Notes: generated by a model not told the origin, from the letters alone. A DNA stretch of 64,000 nucleotides from Chloroflexota bacterium (GCA_963663275.1 OY760183.1:1504001-1568000); one strand, 5' to 3'; shown: positions 9,055 through 18,696, counted from the stretch's first letter. Numbers and translations: made by a program.

Positions 9055-9726
9055 ATGGCGGCGGATACCCCTGAGCAAATCCTGGAAGCAATCGGCGCGG
9101 AGGTGCGGGCGTGCGCGGCGTGCCGGTTGTGCGAGCAGCGGACCAAGGCGGTGCCGGGCGAGGGGGAGATCAAGAGCGGCATCATGTTCATCGGCGAGGG
9201 GCCGGGGTTTCACGAAGACAGGCAGGGGCGGCCGTTCGTGGGGCAGGCCGGCAAGCTGTTGGAGGAGATGCTGGCCGCGGTGGGCTTGCGGCGGGAGCAG
9301 GTGTTCATCACCAACGTGGTCAAGTGCCGTCCGCCCGGCAACCGGGACCCGCAACCGGACGAAATCGCCGCCTGCGACGCTTACCTGGAACGCCAGCTTG
9401 CCGCTGTCGCGCCGCGCATCGTGGTGACGCTGGGGCGCTTTTCGTTGGCGAAGTTCTTCCCCGGCGCGAAGATTTCCGCCGTGCACGGCGAGCCGAAGTT
9501 CGCCGATGGCCGCGCCTACGTGCCCTTCTACCATCCCGCGGCCGGCCTGCGCACCCCCGCCATCAAGGAGATGCTGTTCGAGGACGTGCAGAAACTGCCC
9601 GCCATCGCGCGGCGTCTCAAGGAGTTGCGGGAGCAGGGGTATTTCGACCGGCGGGAGGCGGAAACTGAGGCCGCGGACGCGCCCACCGCGGACGAACCCG
9701 ACGACGCGCAACTGAGTCTCTTCTAG
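9055..9726 (+). CDS. udg: Uracil-DNA glycosylase family 4 (Fe-S)
   Basis: CAAC.LC, IGEGPGFHED.QGRPFVG.AG, TNVVKCRPP.NRDP and YHPAA motifs. Confidence 0.95.
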   Translation: MAADTPEQILEAIGAEVRACAACRLCEQRTKAVPGEGEIKSGIMFIGEGPGFHEDRQGRPFVGQAGKLLEEMLAAVGLRREQVFITNVVKCRPPGNRDPQPDEIAACDAYLERQLAAVAPRIVVTLGRFSLAKFFPGAKISAVHGEPKFADGRAYVPFYHPAAGLRTPAIKEMLFEDVQKLPAIARRLKELREQGYFDRREAETEAADAPTADEPDDAQLSLF

Positions 9727-9739
9727 CCGCCGGTCGCGG

Positions 9740-9968
9740 CCCCCTCACCCTAACCCTCTCCCCCCGTGGAGAGGGAACTGGAGGCGCCCTGCCGGAGGGC
9801 GCCCCCTCACCTTGGCCCTCTCCCGCCGTGGAGAGGGAACCGGAGGCGGCCCGGCGGAGGGCGCCCCCTCACCCTAACCCTCTCCCGCCGTGGAGAGGGA
9901 ACCGGAGGCGGCCCGGCGGAGGGCGCCCCCTCACCCTAACCCTCTCCCTCTGGGGAGAGGGAACCGGA
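9740..9968. repeat. Tandem array of four ~62-bp REP-like units
   Basis: cccctcaccctaaccctctccc(n)ggagagggaaccggaggcg units starting at ~9740, 9802, 9864 and 9926. Confidence 0.9.
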
Positions 9969-9994
9969 CTTGCCCCGCCGGGGCGCGCATCACC

Positions 9995-10024
9995 TTGACA
10001 AGACTGGTTTACGCGCGCTACCAT
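9995..10024 (+). promoter_or_regulatory. Sigma70-type promoter for the solute-binding protein
   Basis: TTGACA-N18-TACCAT. Confidence 0.6.
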
Positions 10025-10168
10025 GCATTCCAAGCCGCCCGGGAGTTGCGGCGCGGGCCGTGTTCTCCGTCGGATGACGGCGGGCGCGGCGGCAGCGGCG
10101 TTCCCTCATCGTGGTGGCGGCGGTGCGTATCAGGCATAGCGCCCTTTGGGGCGGGAGGTACATTTCCG

Positions 10169-11563
10169 ATGGAGAATCGTACTGGATTCCACACGACACG
10201 GCGGCGGCTGCTGGCTGGCGGCGGGGCCGCGGCGGGAGCGATCGTTTTGGCCGCGTGCGGCCAGGCCGGCATGGCGGCGCCAGCGGACGCGCCTGCGGCT
10301 GAAGAGAAGGAAGCGGAGGCCATGCCCGAGGCCGAGTCGTTGCCCGTCAACTTCTGGGCCATCGACATGGGCGGCAGCAACTGGGTGGAAGGCATTGGCG
10401 AGCAGATCGTGGCCGAGTACCACGAAGCCAATCCCAACGAAAGCGTCAACGTGATCGTCACCACCTACGGCGACACGATCAACAAACTGCCCACGGTGGT
10501 GGCCGGCGGCATTCCGCCTGACATCTCGTACATCGACGCCTATCTGCCGAAAGACTTCGGCGTGCGCGGCATTGCCGCCGACATCACGAACTACGTCAAG
10601 GCCTCCACGGTGATCGACGTGGACGACTACTATCCGCGCGTGGTCTTCGACTCGACCTACCGCGGCCACTGGTTCGGCCTGCCCTGGGCGCCCACGGTCT
10701 TTACCTACTTCTACAACAAGGACGTCTTCGTGGAAGTGGGCCTGGACCCGGACAGCGGCCCGGCGAACTGGGACGAACTGGACGCGGCCATCCAGCAGAC
10801 GCTGAAGAAAGAGGGCGACAACATCGAGCGTCTCGGCTTCTGGTACGGCAATAGCTCGCTGGTCTGGTGGCTGGTGCCGTTCTGGCAGCAGGGCGGCCGC
10901 CTGCTCAGCGAAGACGAGCTGGAGTCGACGATCGACAACGAGATGATGGAGACCGCCTTCAACCTGACCCTGCGCTTCTTCGACCTGCAGGGCGGGCTGG
11001 ACGCCATGAACGCCTTCAAGGGCGACGAGCGGCATCAACACCTCTTCTCCACCGGCCGTTGCGCCATGTGGACCGACGTGATGAACATCACCCGGTTCGA
11101 GGCGTACGAGGAGGCCTTCGCCAAGATCACCGTTGGCGTGGATACCTACCCGGTGGCTGAGGGCGGTTCGCCGGCGGCCTATCGCGGCGGCGGCGCGCAC
11201 CTGATGCCGGAAGGCTCCAACAACCCGGACGGCGCGTTCAGTTTCCTGGAGTGGCTCTTCCTGGAGCCGAACGACCGCCGCTTCAACGACGTGCGCGACA
11301 GCCTGCCGGCGCGGCGATCGGTGGCCCAGAGCGAGGAATTCACCCAGGGCGACCCGCTGCGCATCCAGGGCGCCCGCGAGATGGACGGCGCCCAGTGGGT
11401 GGTGAGCGCCCCCGGCGGACGCCGCATCATCGGCATCCACGTGCGCATGGCCAGCTCGATCTGGAAGCGCGAGAAGACTGTGCCGGAAGCGTTGGCCGAC
11501 GGCAACGCCGAGGTGCAACTGGCGCTGGATGAGGCGCTGGAGAACTCGGTGGTGGATTTCTAG
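10169..11563 (+). CDS. ABC sugar-family extracellular solute-binding lipoprotein (Tat signal)
   Basis: TRRRLL...LAACG signal, GIPPDI, FYNKDVF.EVGLDP..P.NWDEL. GGGAGG RBS. Confidence 0.9.
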   Translation: MENRTGFHTTRRRLLAGGGAAAGAIVLAACGQAGMAAPADAPAAEEKEAEAMPEAESLPVNFWAIDMGGSNWVEGIGEQIVAEYHEANPNESVNVIVTTYGDTINKLPTVVAGGIPPDISYIDAYLPKDFGVRGIAADITNYVKASTVIDVDDYYPRVVFDSTYRGHWFGLPWAPTVFTYFYNKDVFVEVGLDPDSGPANWDELDAAIQQTLKKEGDNIERLGFWYGNSSLVWWLVPFWQQGGRLLSEDELESTIDNEMMETAFNLTLRFFDLQGGLDAMNAFKGDERHQHLFSTGRCAMWTDVMNITRFEAYEEAFAKITVGVDTYPVAEGGSPAAYRGGGAHLMPEGSNNPDGAFSFLEWLFLEPNDRRFNDVRDSLPARRSVAQSEEFTQGDPLRIQGAREMDGAQWVVSAPGGRRIIGIHVRMASSIWKREKTVPEALADGNAEVQLALDEALENSVVDF

Positions 11564-11592
11564 GCTGCCGGATTCTGAGAGACGACGAGAGG

Positions 11593-11641
11593 ACGCTCTC
11601 CACGACCGGCGTGGCGCCGGTCGTGGAGAGCGTTTCTTTTT
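11593..11641 (+). terminator. Rho-independent terminator
   Basis: 19-bp stem acgctctccacgaccggcg / cgccggtcgtggagagcgt followed by a T-rich tail. Confidence 0.8.
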
Positions 11642-11718
11642 CCGGTAAGCGCCGTTTTTCTTGTCGGGAAAGCTCATGCGGCGCCATTGGGAACGAGATC
11701 CGCCCTCTGCGCGTCAAG

Positions 11719-11947
11719 AGGCGGGGGACAAGCCCCCGCGCTACGCTGATGGGATGGTGTTGGCGCACGCCTTGCCCGCTGCCGTTCACGCTTCGACGCG
11801 CTCAGCGCGAACGGAAGTGGGCGCGCCATGAAGGTAGAGCGACTGTCACAATGCCCCACAATTCCGGTAGCGCAGGTTTGTAACCTGCGTCTGCTGACTT
11901 GGACGCCGTTCCAAGTGCACTGGCGGGGGACAAGCCCCCGCGCTACG
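11719..11947. repeat. REP-like cluster (A-, B- and ccgttc..gaacgg types)
   Basis: gcgggggacaagcccccgcgctac twice, gtagcgcaggtttgtaacctgcg, and ccgttcacgcttcgacgcgctcagcgcgaacgg. Confidence 0.85.
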
Positions 11948-12030
11948 CTGATGGGATGGTTTGGCGCGCGCCGCCGGCGTGCTATACTGCCCGTAGCATC
12001 CGCCCAACCCCACCAAGCCGGAAGTCCGCT

Positions 12031-13560
12031 ATGGTCGTTGCCGATCCCACTGTGGCCCTGACGGAAGCGTTGCGTGAAGAAGACGTCGCGCAGCTTTGGC
12101 AGGCGTCTCCCTGGGGCGCGCGGCTTCTCACCACCACGGGCGGCGAGCGAATCCAGGTGGTCTATCCGGGGCGGCGCAACCTGGGGCCGGGGCCGGATTT
12201 CCTGGACGCCATCATCGCGCTGGAGGGGCGGCGGCTGCGGCACGGCCACGTGGAAGTCCATACGGCCGCCTCCGCGTGGCGCGCCCACGGCCACGCGGCG
12301 GACCCGGCGTATGACCGCGTGATCCTGCACGTGGTCTGGGAGGACGACGGCCCGGTGGCGGGCGGGCCGCTGCGCACGCTGGCGCTGGCTGAGCACTTCG
12401 GCGGCAGCTTTCCGGAACAGTACGCGGCGCAATCGCTCCCCACGTTCCAGCCGTGCGCGGACCTCCACACCAAGGCCGACGCCATGACCGTCGGCATGCT
12501 CTTCGCCGCGCTGGGCGAACGGCGGTTACGCGCGAAAGCGGAGCGGCTGCGGGCGGCTATCGACCACCAGGGGCCGGAGCAGGCGCTCTACGCCGCGCTG
12601 CTGGACGCGCTGGGCTACAGCCGGAACCGCGAGCCGTTCCGCCAGCTCAGCGAGGGCTTGCCGTGGCCGGTGGCAGCGGCGTTCCTGCACGGCAAGCGCG
12701 GCGCGGCGCAATACGGCGAGGCGCTCTTCCTCGGCGCGGCGGGTCTCTTGCCCTCCCAACGCGGCAACGGCCCGGGTGGGGGCATGACCGCGAATGGGAA
12801 CACGACCGGGCGTGGGGGCGTGACCCGGGGTGGCGGCGTGACCCGGGGTGGCGGTGAGACCAGGGGTGGCGGCACGACCCGGGGTGGCGGCACGACCCGG
12901 GGTGGCGGCACGACATGTCGTGCCCCTACCGCTGGTGAGGACGCCTACGCGGCGGCGCTTGAACGGCGGTGGCGGGAATTGCGCGTGGAACCGGTCGTTT
13001 CCGCGTCGGCTTGGGATCGGCGCGGCGCGCGGCCCGCCAACGCGCCGGCGCGGCGGGTGGCGGCGGCCGGGATTCTCTGCGCCCGGCTCGCCCAGATGGG
13101 TCCGGTGGCAGCCTGCCTGGCGCTCCACCAAGAAGCGGATCCGCCGCAGACGCTCAGGCAAGCGGTCGCGGCGTTTGCGCTGCCGGCGTCCGCCTCGGAT
13201 TATTGGGCGGCCCACTGGGACGTGGGCGTGCCCATGCGCGGCGCGCCGCAGAGTCTCATCGGCGCGGAACGCGCCCGCGAGATGCTCGTGAACGTGGTGC
13301 TGCCGTTCGTGATTGCCTACGGCGAAATATCCGGCGACGGCGGGCTGGCCGACTGGGCAATCACGCTCTTCCGCCGCGCGCCGGGCGCCGGGGCGAACCG
13401 CCTGGTGCGGGCCATGCGCGACGACGTGTTCGGCCTGCCGCCAAAGTTCACGCCCCTGACCGCCGCGCGCCAGCAGGGGCTGCTGCACGTCTACCACGCC
13501 TGGTGCCGGGAGAAGCGCTGCGACACGTGCGCCGTGGGGAAATTCCTCGCGAAGGAGTAG
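12031..13560 (+). CDS. DUF2851 family protein with in-frame repeat insertion
   Basis: YPG..N.GPGPDF.DA, G.VEVH...S.W.AHGH..DP.Y..VILHVV, R.RPAN.P.RR, VN.VLP and C-terminal QQGLLH...WC..K.C..C motifs. Confidence 0.88.
   Translation: MVVADPTVALTEALREEDVAQLWQASPWGARLLTTTGGERIQVVYPGRRNLGPGPDFLDAIIALEGRRLRHGHVEVHTAASAWRAHGHAADPAYDRVILHVVWEDDGPVAGGPLRTLALAEHFGGSFPEQYAAQSLPTFQPCADLHTKADAMTVGMLFAALGERRLRAKAERLRAAIDHQGPEQALYAALLDALGYSRNREPFRQLSEGLPWPVAAAFLHGKRGAAQYGEALFLGAAGLLPSQRGNGPGGGMTANGNTTGRGGVTRGGGVTRGGGETRGGGTTRGGGTTRGGGTTCRAPTAGEDAYAAALERRWRELRVEPVVSASAWDRRGARPANAPARRVAAAGILCARLAQMGPVAACLALHQEADPPQTLRQAVAAFALPASASDYWAAHWDVGVPMRGAPQSLIGAERAREMLVNVVLPFVIAYGEISGDGGLADWAITLFRRAPGAGANRLVRAMRDDVFGLPPKFTPLTAARQQGLLHVYHAWCREKRCDTCAVGKFLAKE
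12775..12929 (+). repeat. Coding 18-bp tandem repeat (~8 units, GGGxTR) ending in a REP palindrome
   Basis: ggtggcggcacgacccgg-like units that end in ggcacgacatgtcgtgcccctac. Confidence 0.9.
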
Positions 13561-13602
13561 CGGAGTTGGCGGTGTGAAAACGGCGCTCTCGATGTCCCCC
13601 AC

Positions 13603-13913
13603 CTCCGGTAGCGCAGGTTTGTAACCTGCGTCCGTTGCAAGTTTGCATGAGCGGGAAACCGGAGGCGGGGGACAAGCCCCCGCGCTACGTTACTGCTCAC
13701 ACGATGCGCCGCACTTCCGGTAGCGCAGGTTTGTAACCTGCGCCCGTTGCAAGTTTGCATGAGCGGGAAACCGGAGGCGGGGGACAAGCCCCCGCGCTAC
13801 GCGCCTGCTCGCTCAGTGTGCCTCAACTCCGGTAGCGCAGGTTTGCAACCTGCGCCCGTTGCAAGTTTGCATGAGCGGGAAACTGGAGGCGGGGGACAAG
13901 CCCCCGCGCTACG
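13603..13913. repeat. Three tandem composite REP doublets (BIME/REPIN-like)
   Basis: ~85-bp unit ccggtagcgcaggtttgtaacctgcg...gcgggggacaagcccccgcgctacg, three copies with ~25-bp linkers, between convergent genes. Confidence 0.9.
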
Positions 13914-13974
13914 GTTCAACAGGGATGCTCGCAGGCGCGCGGGCAAGAGCGCGCTGGCTATCCGATCCTGGGCG

Positions 13975-14970
13975 TCAGCCGTCGAGGCGCACCCGCTGTC
14001 CGCTCTCAGACGCCGCATAGATGCCCTGCACGATGGCCACCGCCCGTTTGCCGTCCTCGCCGGTGACGGACGGCTCCCGCTGTTCCAGGATGCTGGCCAC
14101 GAACTCGCCGTCCTCGCGTATGAATTGGCTGCGGTTTTGGGGGAACGTATGCGTTTCCCATTCCTCCGCGTCCGCCGTCGCCACTTTGAGATACCGCCAG
14201 GTGGCGATCTCCATGGCGCCGGCCGCGCCGGTCACCACTGCCCGGCAGCGGCTCAACACCGGGGGTGTGATCAAGGAGATTTCCATGGTCGCGGTGGCGC
14301 CGTTGGCGAACTCCAGGTGCGCCACGCCGTGGTCCTCGCCCTCGGTGCGCGCGCCGTAGTGGCCCACGGAGGCGGTGATCGCCGTCACCTCGGAACCGAG
14401 CCACCAGCGCAGGCGGTCGGCGCTGTGCACGCCGTTATCCATGAAGACGCCGCCGCCGGCCAGGGCGCGCACGCCGCGCCACCCCATGTCCTTATGGCGA
14501 TTGGGGGCTTGGACTGAGTCGTGGACGTGCAGCACGTCGCCGATTGCCCCTTCGCGCAGCAGTTCCCGCGCCCGCAGGTGTTCCAGGATGAAGCGGTGGG
14601 TGTGGCCGACCATCAGGTTCACGTTGGCCGCGCGGCAGGCGGCGATGACGGCGTCGCACTCGGCCACGCTAACGCCCAGCGGCTTTTCGCAGAGCACGTG
14701 CTTGCCGGCCCGGGCCGCGCCAATGGCCGCCTCCGCGTGCAGCGCGTGGGGCAGGCAGATGACGACGGCGTCCACCGCCGGGTCGTCCAGCACGGCGCGG
14801 TAGTCGGTGTGGACGTCCGGGACGCCGTGCGCGGCGGCGTACGTGCGGACGGCCGCTTCATTCACGTCCGCCGCCGCCGTAATGCGCGCCGCCGGCGCGG
14901 CGGCCAAGCCCCGCGCGTGGGACTGCGCAATGCCGCCGGTGCCGAGTATGCCGATGTTGACGGTCTTCAT
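13975..14970 (-). CDS. Gfo/Idh/MocA family oxidoreductase
   Basis: GILGTGGIA, GKHVLCEKP, GGGVFMDNGVH motifs. Confidence 0.93.
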   Translation of the reverse strand: MKTVNIGILGTGGIAQSHARGLAAAPAARITAAADVNEAAVRTYAAAHGVPDVHTDYRAVLDDPAVDAVVICLPHALHAEAAIGAARAGKHVLCEKPLGVSVAECDAVIAACRAANVNLMVGHTHRFILEHLRARELLREGAIGDVLHVHDSVQAPNRHKDMGWRGVRALAGGGVFMDNGVHSADRLRWWLGSEVTAITASVGHYGARTEGEDHGVAHLEFANGATATMEISLITPPVLSRCRAVVTGAAGAMEIATWRYLKVATADAEEWETHTFPQNRSQFIREDGEFVASILEQREPSVTGEDGKRAVAIVQGIYAASESGQRVRLDG

Positions 14971-15078
14971 ACCCGCCGCTCCTTTCGCCTCAAGCCGCGG
15001 CCGCCGTGACGCCCGGTCACCGGCAGGGCAAATGAGGGCGCCCGCGACTTCCCGGTTGTTTTGTGCTAGTATACACGC

Positions 15079-15143
15079 ACAGCCCCTGATCGCTTCGGCG
15101 GCAGGGTAGAGGCCGCCCGCGCGGGCGGCCTCTGTTTTCTTTT
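15079..15143 (+). ncRNA. Candidate small RNA or attenuator upstream of hisF
   Basis: TGcTAGTAT at 15064-15072, a cUUCGg hairpin at 15084-15106, and a palindrome at 15108-15133 with a T tail. Confidence 0.35.
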
Positions 15144-15299
15144 GCGGGCGCGTCCGGCAGGGCTCGCGGCGGTCCTTGCGCGGAAAACCCGCGCCCGCCG
15201 GCGTGACGCCCCGCGCGGCGTCGCGTATCATGGGAACGGTAGCCGGAGCGCTCCGGCCCACGCGGCAAAATCGACCCCCGGCGAGGCGGCAGCCGACCC

Positions 15300-16073
15300 A
15301 TGCTCACCACACGCATCATTCCCTGTCTGGACGTGCATCGCGGCCGCGTGGTGCGGGGACAGCAGTTTTCGGCCGATAAGGACGCCGGCGACCCCATCGA
15401 GTTGGCCGTGCGCTACAACGAGCAGAGCGCCGACGAGTTGGTCTACTACGACATTACGGCCTCGGCGGAAGAGCGCGGCATCTTCCAGGATCTGGTGGAG
15501 CGCACCGCCGACCAGCTTTTCATTCCGCTCACGGTCGGCGGCGGCATTCGCACGGCGGCTGACATGCGGCGCATGTTGCGGGCGGGCGCGGACAAGGTCT
15601 CCATCAACACGGCGGCGGTGGAAAATCCCGACCTGATCAACGACGGCGCCGAGGGCTTCGGCAGCCAGTGCACGGTGCTCTCCATGGACGTGAAGCGCGT
15701 GCCCCAGGCCGACAGCACAATCAAGTGGCGCGTCTTCACCCATGGCGGCCGCCGCCAGACCGATGGCGAGGCGGTGCCTTGGGCGGTCGAGGGCGTGGAA
15801 CGCGGCGCGGGCGAAATCGTGGTCAACAGCATCGACGCCGACGGCACCTTGGCCGGCTACGACCTGGAACTCCTGGCCGCCGTCTGCGCCGCGGTGGACG
15901 TGCCCGTCATTGCCAGCGGCGGCGGCGGCACGCTGCAACACCTCTTCGACGCCTTGGACAAGGGCAACGCCCACGCCGTGCTGGCCGCTTCCATCTTCCA
16001 CTACGAGCACTTCACCGTGCGCGAGGTGAAAGAATATCTGGCGGCCAGGGGCATCCCGATGCGCTTGAAGTAG
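15300..16073 (+). CDS. hisF: Imidazole glycerol phosphate synthase cyclase subunit
   Basis: [43 protein letters not shown] and LAASIFH motifs. Confidence 0.97.
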   Translation: MLTTRIIPCLDVHRGRVVRGQQFSADKDAGDPIELAVRYNEQSADELVYYDITASAEERGIFQDLVERTADQLFIPLTVGGGIRTAADMRRMLRAGADKVSINTAAVENPDLINDGAEGFGSQCTVLSMDVKRVPQADSTIKWRVFTHGGRRQTDGEAVPWAVEGVERGAGEIVVNSIDADGTLAGYDLELLAAVCAAVDVPVIASGGGGTLQHLFDALDKGNAHAVLAASIFHYEHFTVREVKEYLAARGIPMRLK

Positions 16074-16132
16074 GCCGGCTCCGCCGCGAGAATGACAGGC
16101 CGCATTTGCAAGCCGATTTCGTGGAGAAGCCC

Positions 16133-17116
16133 ATGCCGGCGAACATTCAGATTCGACCGTACAATCCCAATCTCGACATGGCGGCGTTGCTGCCCCTCTG
16201 GCAGACCGCGCTCGGTGACACGTGGCCGATGCGGGACGATCTCTTGCGGCGGCAATTGACCGGGCATCGCTTCTATCGCGGGGACGATCACCTGGTGGCG
16301 GTGGCGGACGGGCGAATTGTGGGCTTCGTGGGGACGCAGGTGGACCGTTGGGAAGGCGTCCCCGCTGATAAGCGCGGCGGCGGCATTTCCGTCGTGCTCG
16401 TGCATCCCGACTGGCGGCGGCGGGGCACTGGCGCGCGGTTGCATGAGGCCGCGCTCGGCCATCTACGAAATGAAGGCGCGCGGGAGTTGCGGCTCGGCGG
16501 CGGCGGCGCGTACCGCTTCTGGCCGGGGATTCCTACAGACCTGCCCGGGGCGTATGCGTTTTTCGAGTCTTGCGGCTGGCCGTTGGAATCGGACAAACGG
16601 TCGCGGGACCTGGTGCGCGACCTCCGCGATTTCGAAGTTCCAGCCGCCATGAGCGCGCGTCTGGAGCGGGAAGGCGTGACCGTGCGCCCGGCCCGCGAGG
16701 ATGAAGCGGCGGACGTGCTCGCGTTTGAATGGGAGCACTTTCCCGGTTGGGCCGCGGGCTTCGTCTACATGGCGGAACTCGGCGATTTTCAGAATATGCT
16801 GCTCGCAATCGACCGGCGGAAGGGCATCGTCGGCACGCTCATGCTGCACACGCCGTCGTCACGCTGGCTCACGGCAAACGTCACGTGGCAGACGCTGCTG
16901 GGCGATGCGCTCGGCGGCATCAGCGCCGTGGGCGTGGTGGAGCGCGAACGGGGGCGCGGCATCGGCATCGGCATGGTGGCTGTTGGCTCAGAAGTCCTCC
17001 GCGAACGCGGCGTGGGCAATTGCCACATCGACTGGACGAACATCGTCGACTTCTACGGCAAGCTGGGCTACCGGGTCTGGCGCGACTACTGGATGAGCAC
17101 GCGGATTCTGGCCTAG
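16133..17116 (+). CDS. Tandem-GNAT family N-acetyltransferase
   Basis: Two acetyl-CoA motifs (VHPDWRRRGTG and VVERERGRGIG), plus FYGKLGY. Confidence 0.88.
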   Translation: MPANIQIRPYNPNLDMAALLPLWQTALGDTWPMRDDLLRRQLTGHRFYRGDDHLVAVADGRIVGFVGTQVDRWEGVPADKRGGGISVVLVHPDWRRRGTGARLHEAALGHLRNEGARELRLGGGGAYRFWPGIPTDLPGAYAFFESCGWPLESDKRSRDLVRDLRDFEVPAAMSARLEREGVTVRPAREDEAADVLAFEWEHFPGWAAGFVYMAELGDFQNMLLAIDRRKGIVGTLMLHTPSSRWLTANVTWQTLLGDALGGISAVGVVERERGRGIGIGMVAVGSEVLRERGVGNCHIDWTNIVDFYGKLGYRVWRDYWMSTRILA

Positions 17117-17182
17117 GGGGCTTTGTGCACTTTTGGCCGGTAGCGCCGTTTATCCCCTCACCCTAGCCGCTCCCAGGGAGAT

Positions 17183-17328
17183 CTGACAGGGGTATGTATT
17201 GCATAATCGAAATCATGAGTCATTCCGAACGGAGCGCAGCGGAGAGAGGAATCTAAGGCTTTCGCGCCTAGAGCGTCGGTTCTAGATTCCTCGCTCCGCT
17301 CGGAATGACACTTTCCTACCCCTGTCAG
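17183..17328. mobile_element. MITE family 1, copy 2 (inverted relative to copy 1)
   Basis: ctgacaggggtatgta...tacccctgtcag, with an internal gtcattccg...cggaatgac palindrome. It interrupts a ccctcaccc...gggagaggg hairpin. Confidence 0.7.
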
Positions 17329-17713
17329 CCGGGGAGAGGGGACTTTTCGCCTCTCGGCGGGTTAATGTGAAGGTCGCCTTCAGCCGCTCGATGCGTTCTT
17401 GAGATTAGGCGCTGCCATTTTTGTGGGAGAACGGGAAACGCATTCCCCGCTCTCCCAAAAGGTAGGTAGGCGCTCATAGACATTCCACTCTACGCCGGCA
17501 GCGCAACGTCTTGTGCCAAGAATCGTTGCAATTTGGGTATACTGTTCTGTGTGCAAGAGTGGCGGTTGTCCGCGGGCCGCGGTGGGTGAAGCCTAGTACG
17601 GCAAGCAAATGCGTCCGCGAGCGTAGGTTGCGGTCGACGGGCGGCAGGCGGCGGACAGAGCGATGAGCGCGCGCGGCGCGGTGTGACGCGCCGGCGCAGG
17701 AAGGAAGTGCGGC

Positions 17714-18457
17714 ATGGCGAAAGCAATCGCGCCCGTTCAGAGCGCCCAGCCGTTGCGCAGTCTGAGCGCGGCGGAACTTGAGACCTACGATGAGCGGGGC
17801 TTTGTGATTATCGACGACGCCTTTCCGCCGGAAGACGTGACGGCCATTAACGACGAGATCGAGCGCATGATGCCGGAACACGCAGATACGCAGGAACACC
17901 GGCCGGGGTGGATCTTCCAGTTGGGGCTGCGCTCCGAACTTCTCGGTACTTTTGCCCGTGATGAGCGCATCCTGTCCCTCATCGAGGATATCGTCCAGCC
18001 CGGCATTGCCGTGCACTCGGCGAAATTGGTCTCCAAAGTGCCCCACTCCGACATCGTCTGCCATTGGCACCAGGACGAGGCGTTCTACACCAGGCCCGAC
18101 GACCCCAAATCCTTCAGCCAAACGCGCATGTCCATCTGGATGCCGCTCCAGGACGCGAACGAGGCCAACGGCTGCATGCGGGTGGTGCCGGGCAGCCACC
18201 GCTGGGGCTTGCAGGACTACGAAGTCATGGATTACGGCGCCTGCGTCCGCAAGCTGACGCCGGAGGAATACGCCAACGAGCACGCCATACCCGTGCCGCT
18301 GCCGGCCGGTTCGGTGCTGCTCTTCCACGGCCTGCTCTGGCACCACTCCAAGGGCAACCAAACCGACCGCGTGCGCCGCGCCTTCATCGTCTCGTATCAG
18401 GAAGCCACGTCGCTGGCCGACGTGGGACAGCGGAAACTCATCCGTCCCGCGCCCTAG
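17714..18457 (+). CDS. Phytanoyl-CoA dioxygenase (PhyH) family Fe/2OG oxygenase
   Basis: WHQD, NGCMRVVPGSH and GSVLLFHGLLWHHS..N motifs. Confidence 0.93.
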   Translation: MAKAIAPVQSAQPLRSLSAAELETYDERGFVIIDDAFPPEDVTAINDEIERMMPEHADTQEHRPGWIFQLGLRSELLGTFARDERILSLIEDIVQPGIAVHSAKLVSKVPHSDIVCHWHQDEAFYTRPDDPKSFSQTRMSIWMPLQDANEANGCMRVVPGSHRWGLQDYEVMDYGACVRKLTPEEYANEHAIPVPLPAGSVLLFHGLLWHHSKGNQTDRVRRAFIVSYQEATSLADVGQRKLIRPAP

Positions 18458-18470
18458 TTCTCTCAATGTT

Positions 18471-18511
18471 GTAGCCGTTCATGCTTCGACAGGCTCAGCA
18501 CGAACGGCTAC
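18471..18511. repeat. GTAG-flanked REP hairpin
   Basis: gtagccgttcatgcttcgacaggctcagcacgaacggctac. Confidence 0.75.
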
Positions 18512-18696
18512 TTGAGTCAGCTTGCCGAGAAGCCACGGATTGGGACGTTATTGCGCAGTAGAGGCTCATCCCCCGCCCTAGGCGCTCCGCGGCTTGACAT
18601 CCCCACCAGACTGGATGTGATCAAGAGCCGTGCCGGCGCGGTTCCTCATTCGCGCGGGCCGCGTGATACGGGGCGCGAGACCCGCTCGGCAGCGGC

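Noticed and set aside
9740-9968. Possible CRISPR array
   Set aside because: The spacers are near-identical, so this is a tandem REP duplication.
13603-13913. Possible CRISPR array (three repeats with short variable linkers)
   Set aside because: The repeats are ~85 bp and built from REP motifs scattered elsewhere, the linkers resemble each other, and there are no cas genes or leader.
15668-16132. Long overlap of the 482-aa ORF with hisF (possible frameshift fusion)
   Set aside because: hisF is complete. The GNAT has a plausible ATG at 16133 after GGAG, and the upstream part is an off-frame GC-rich read-through.
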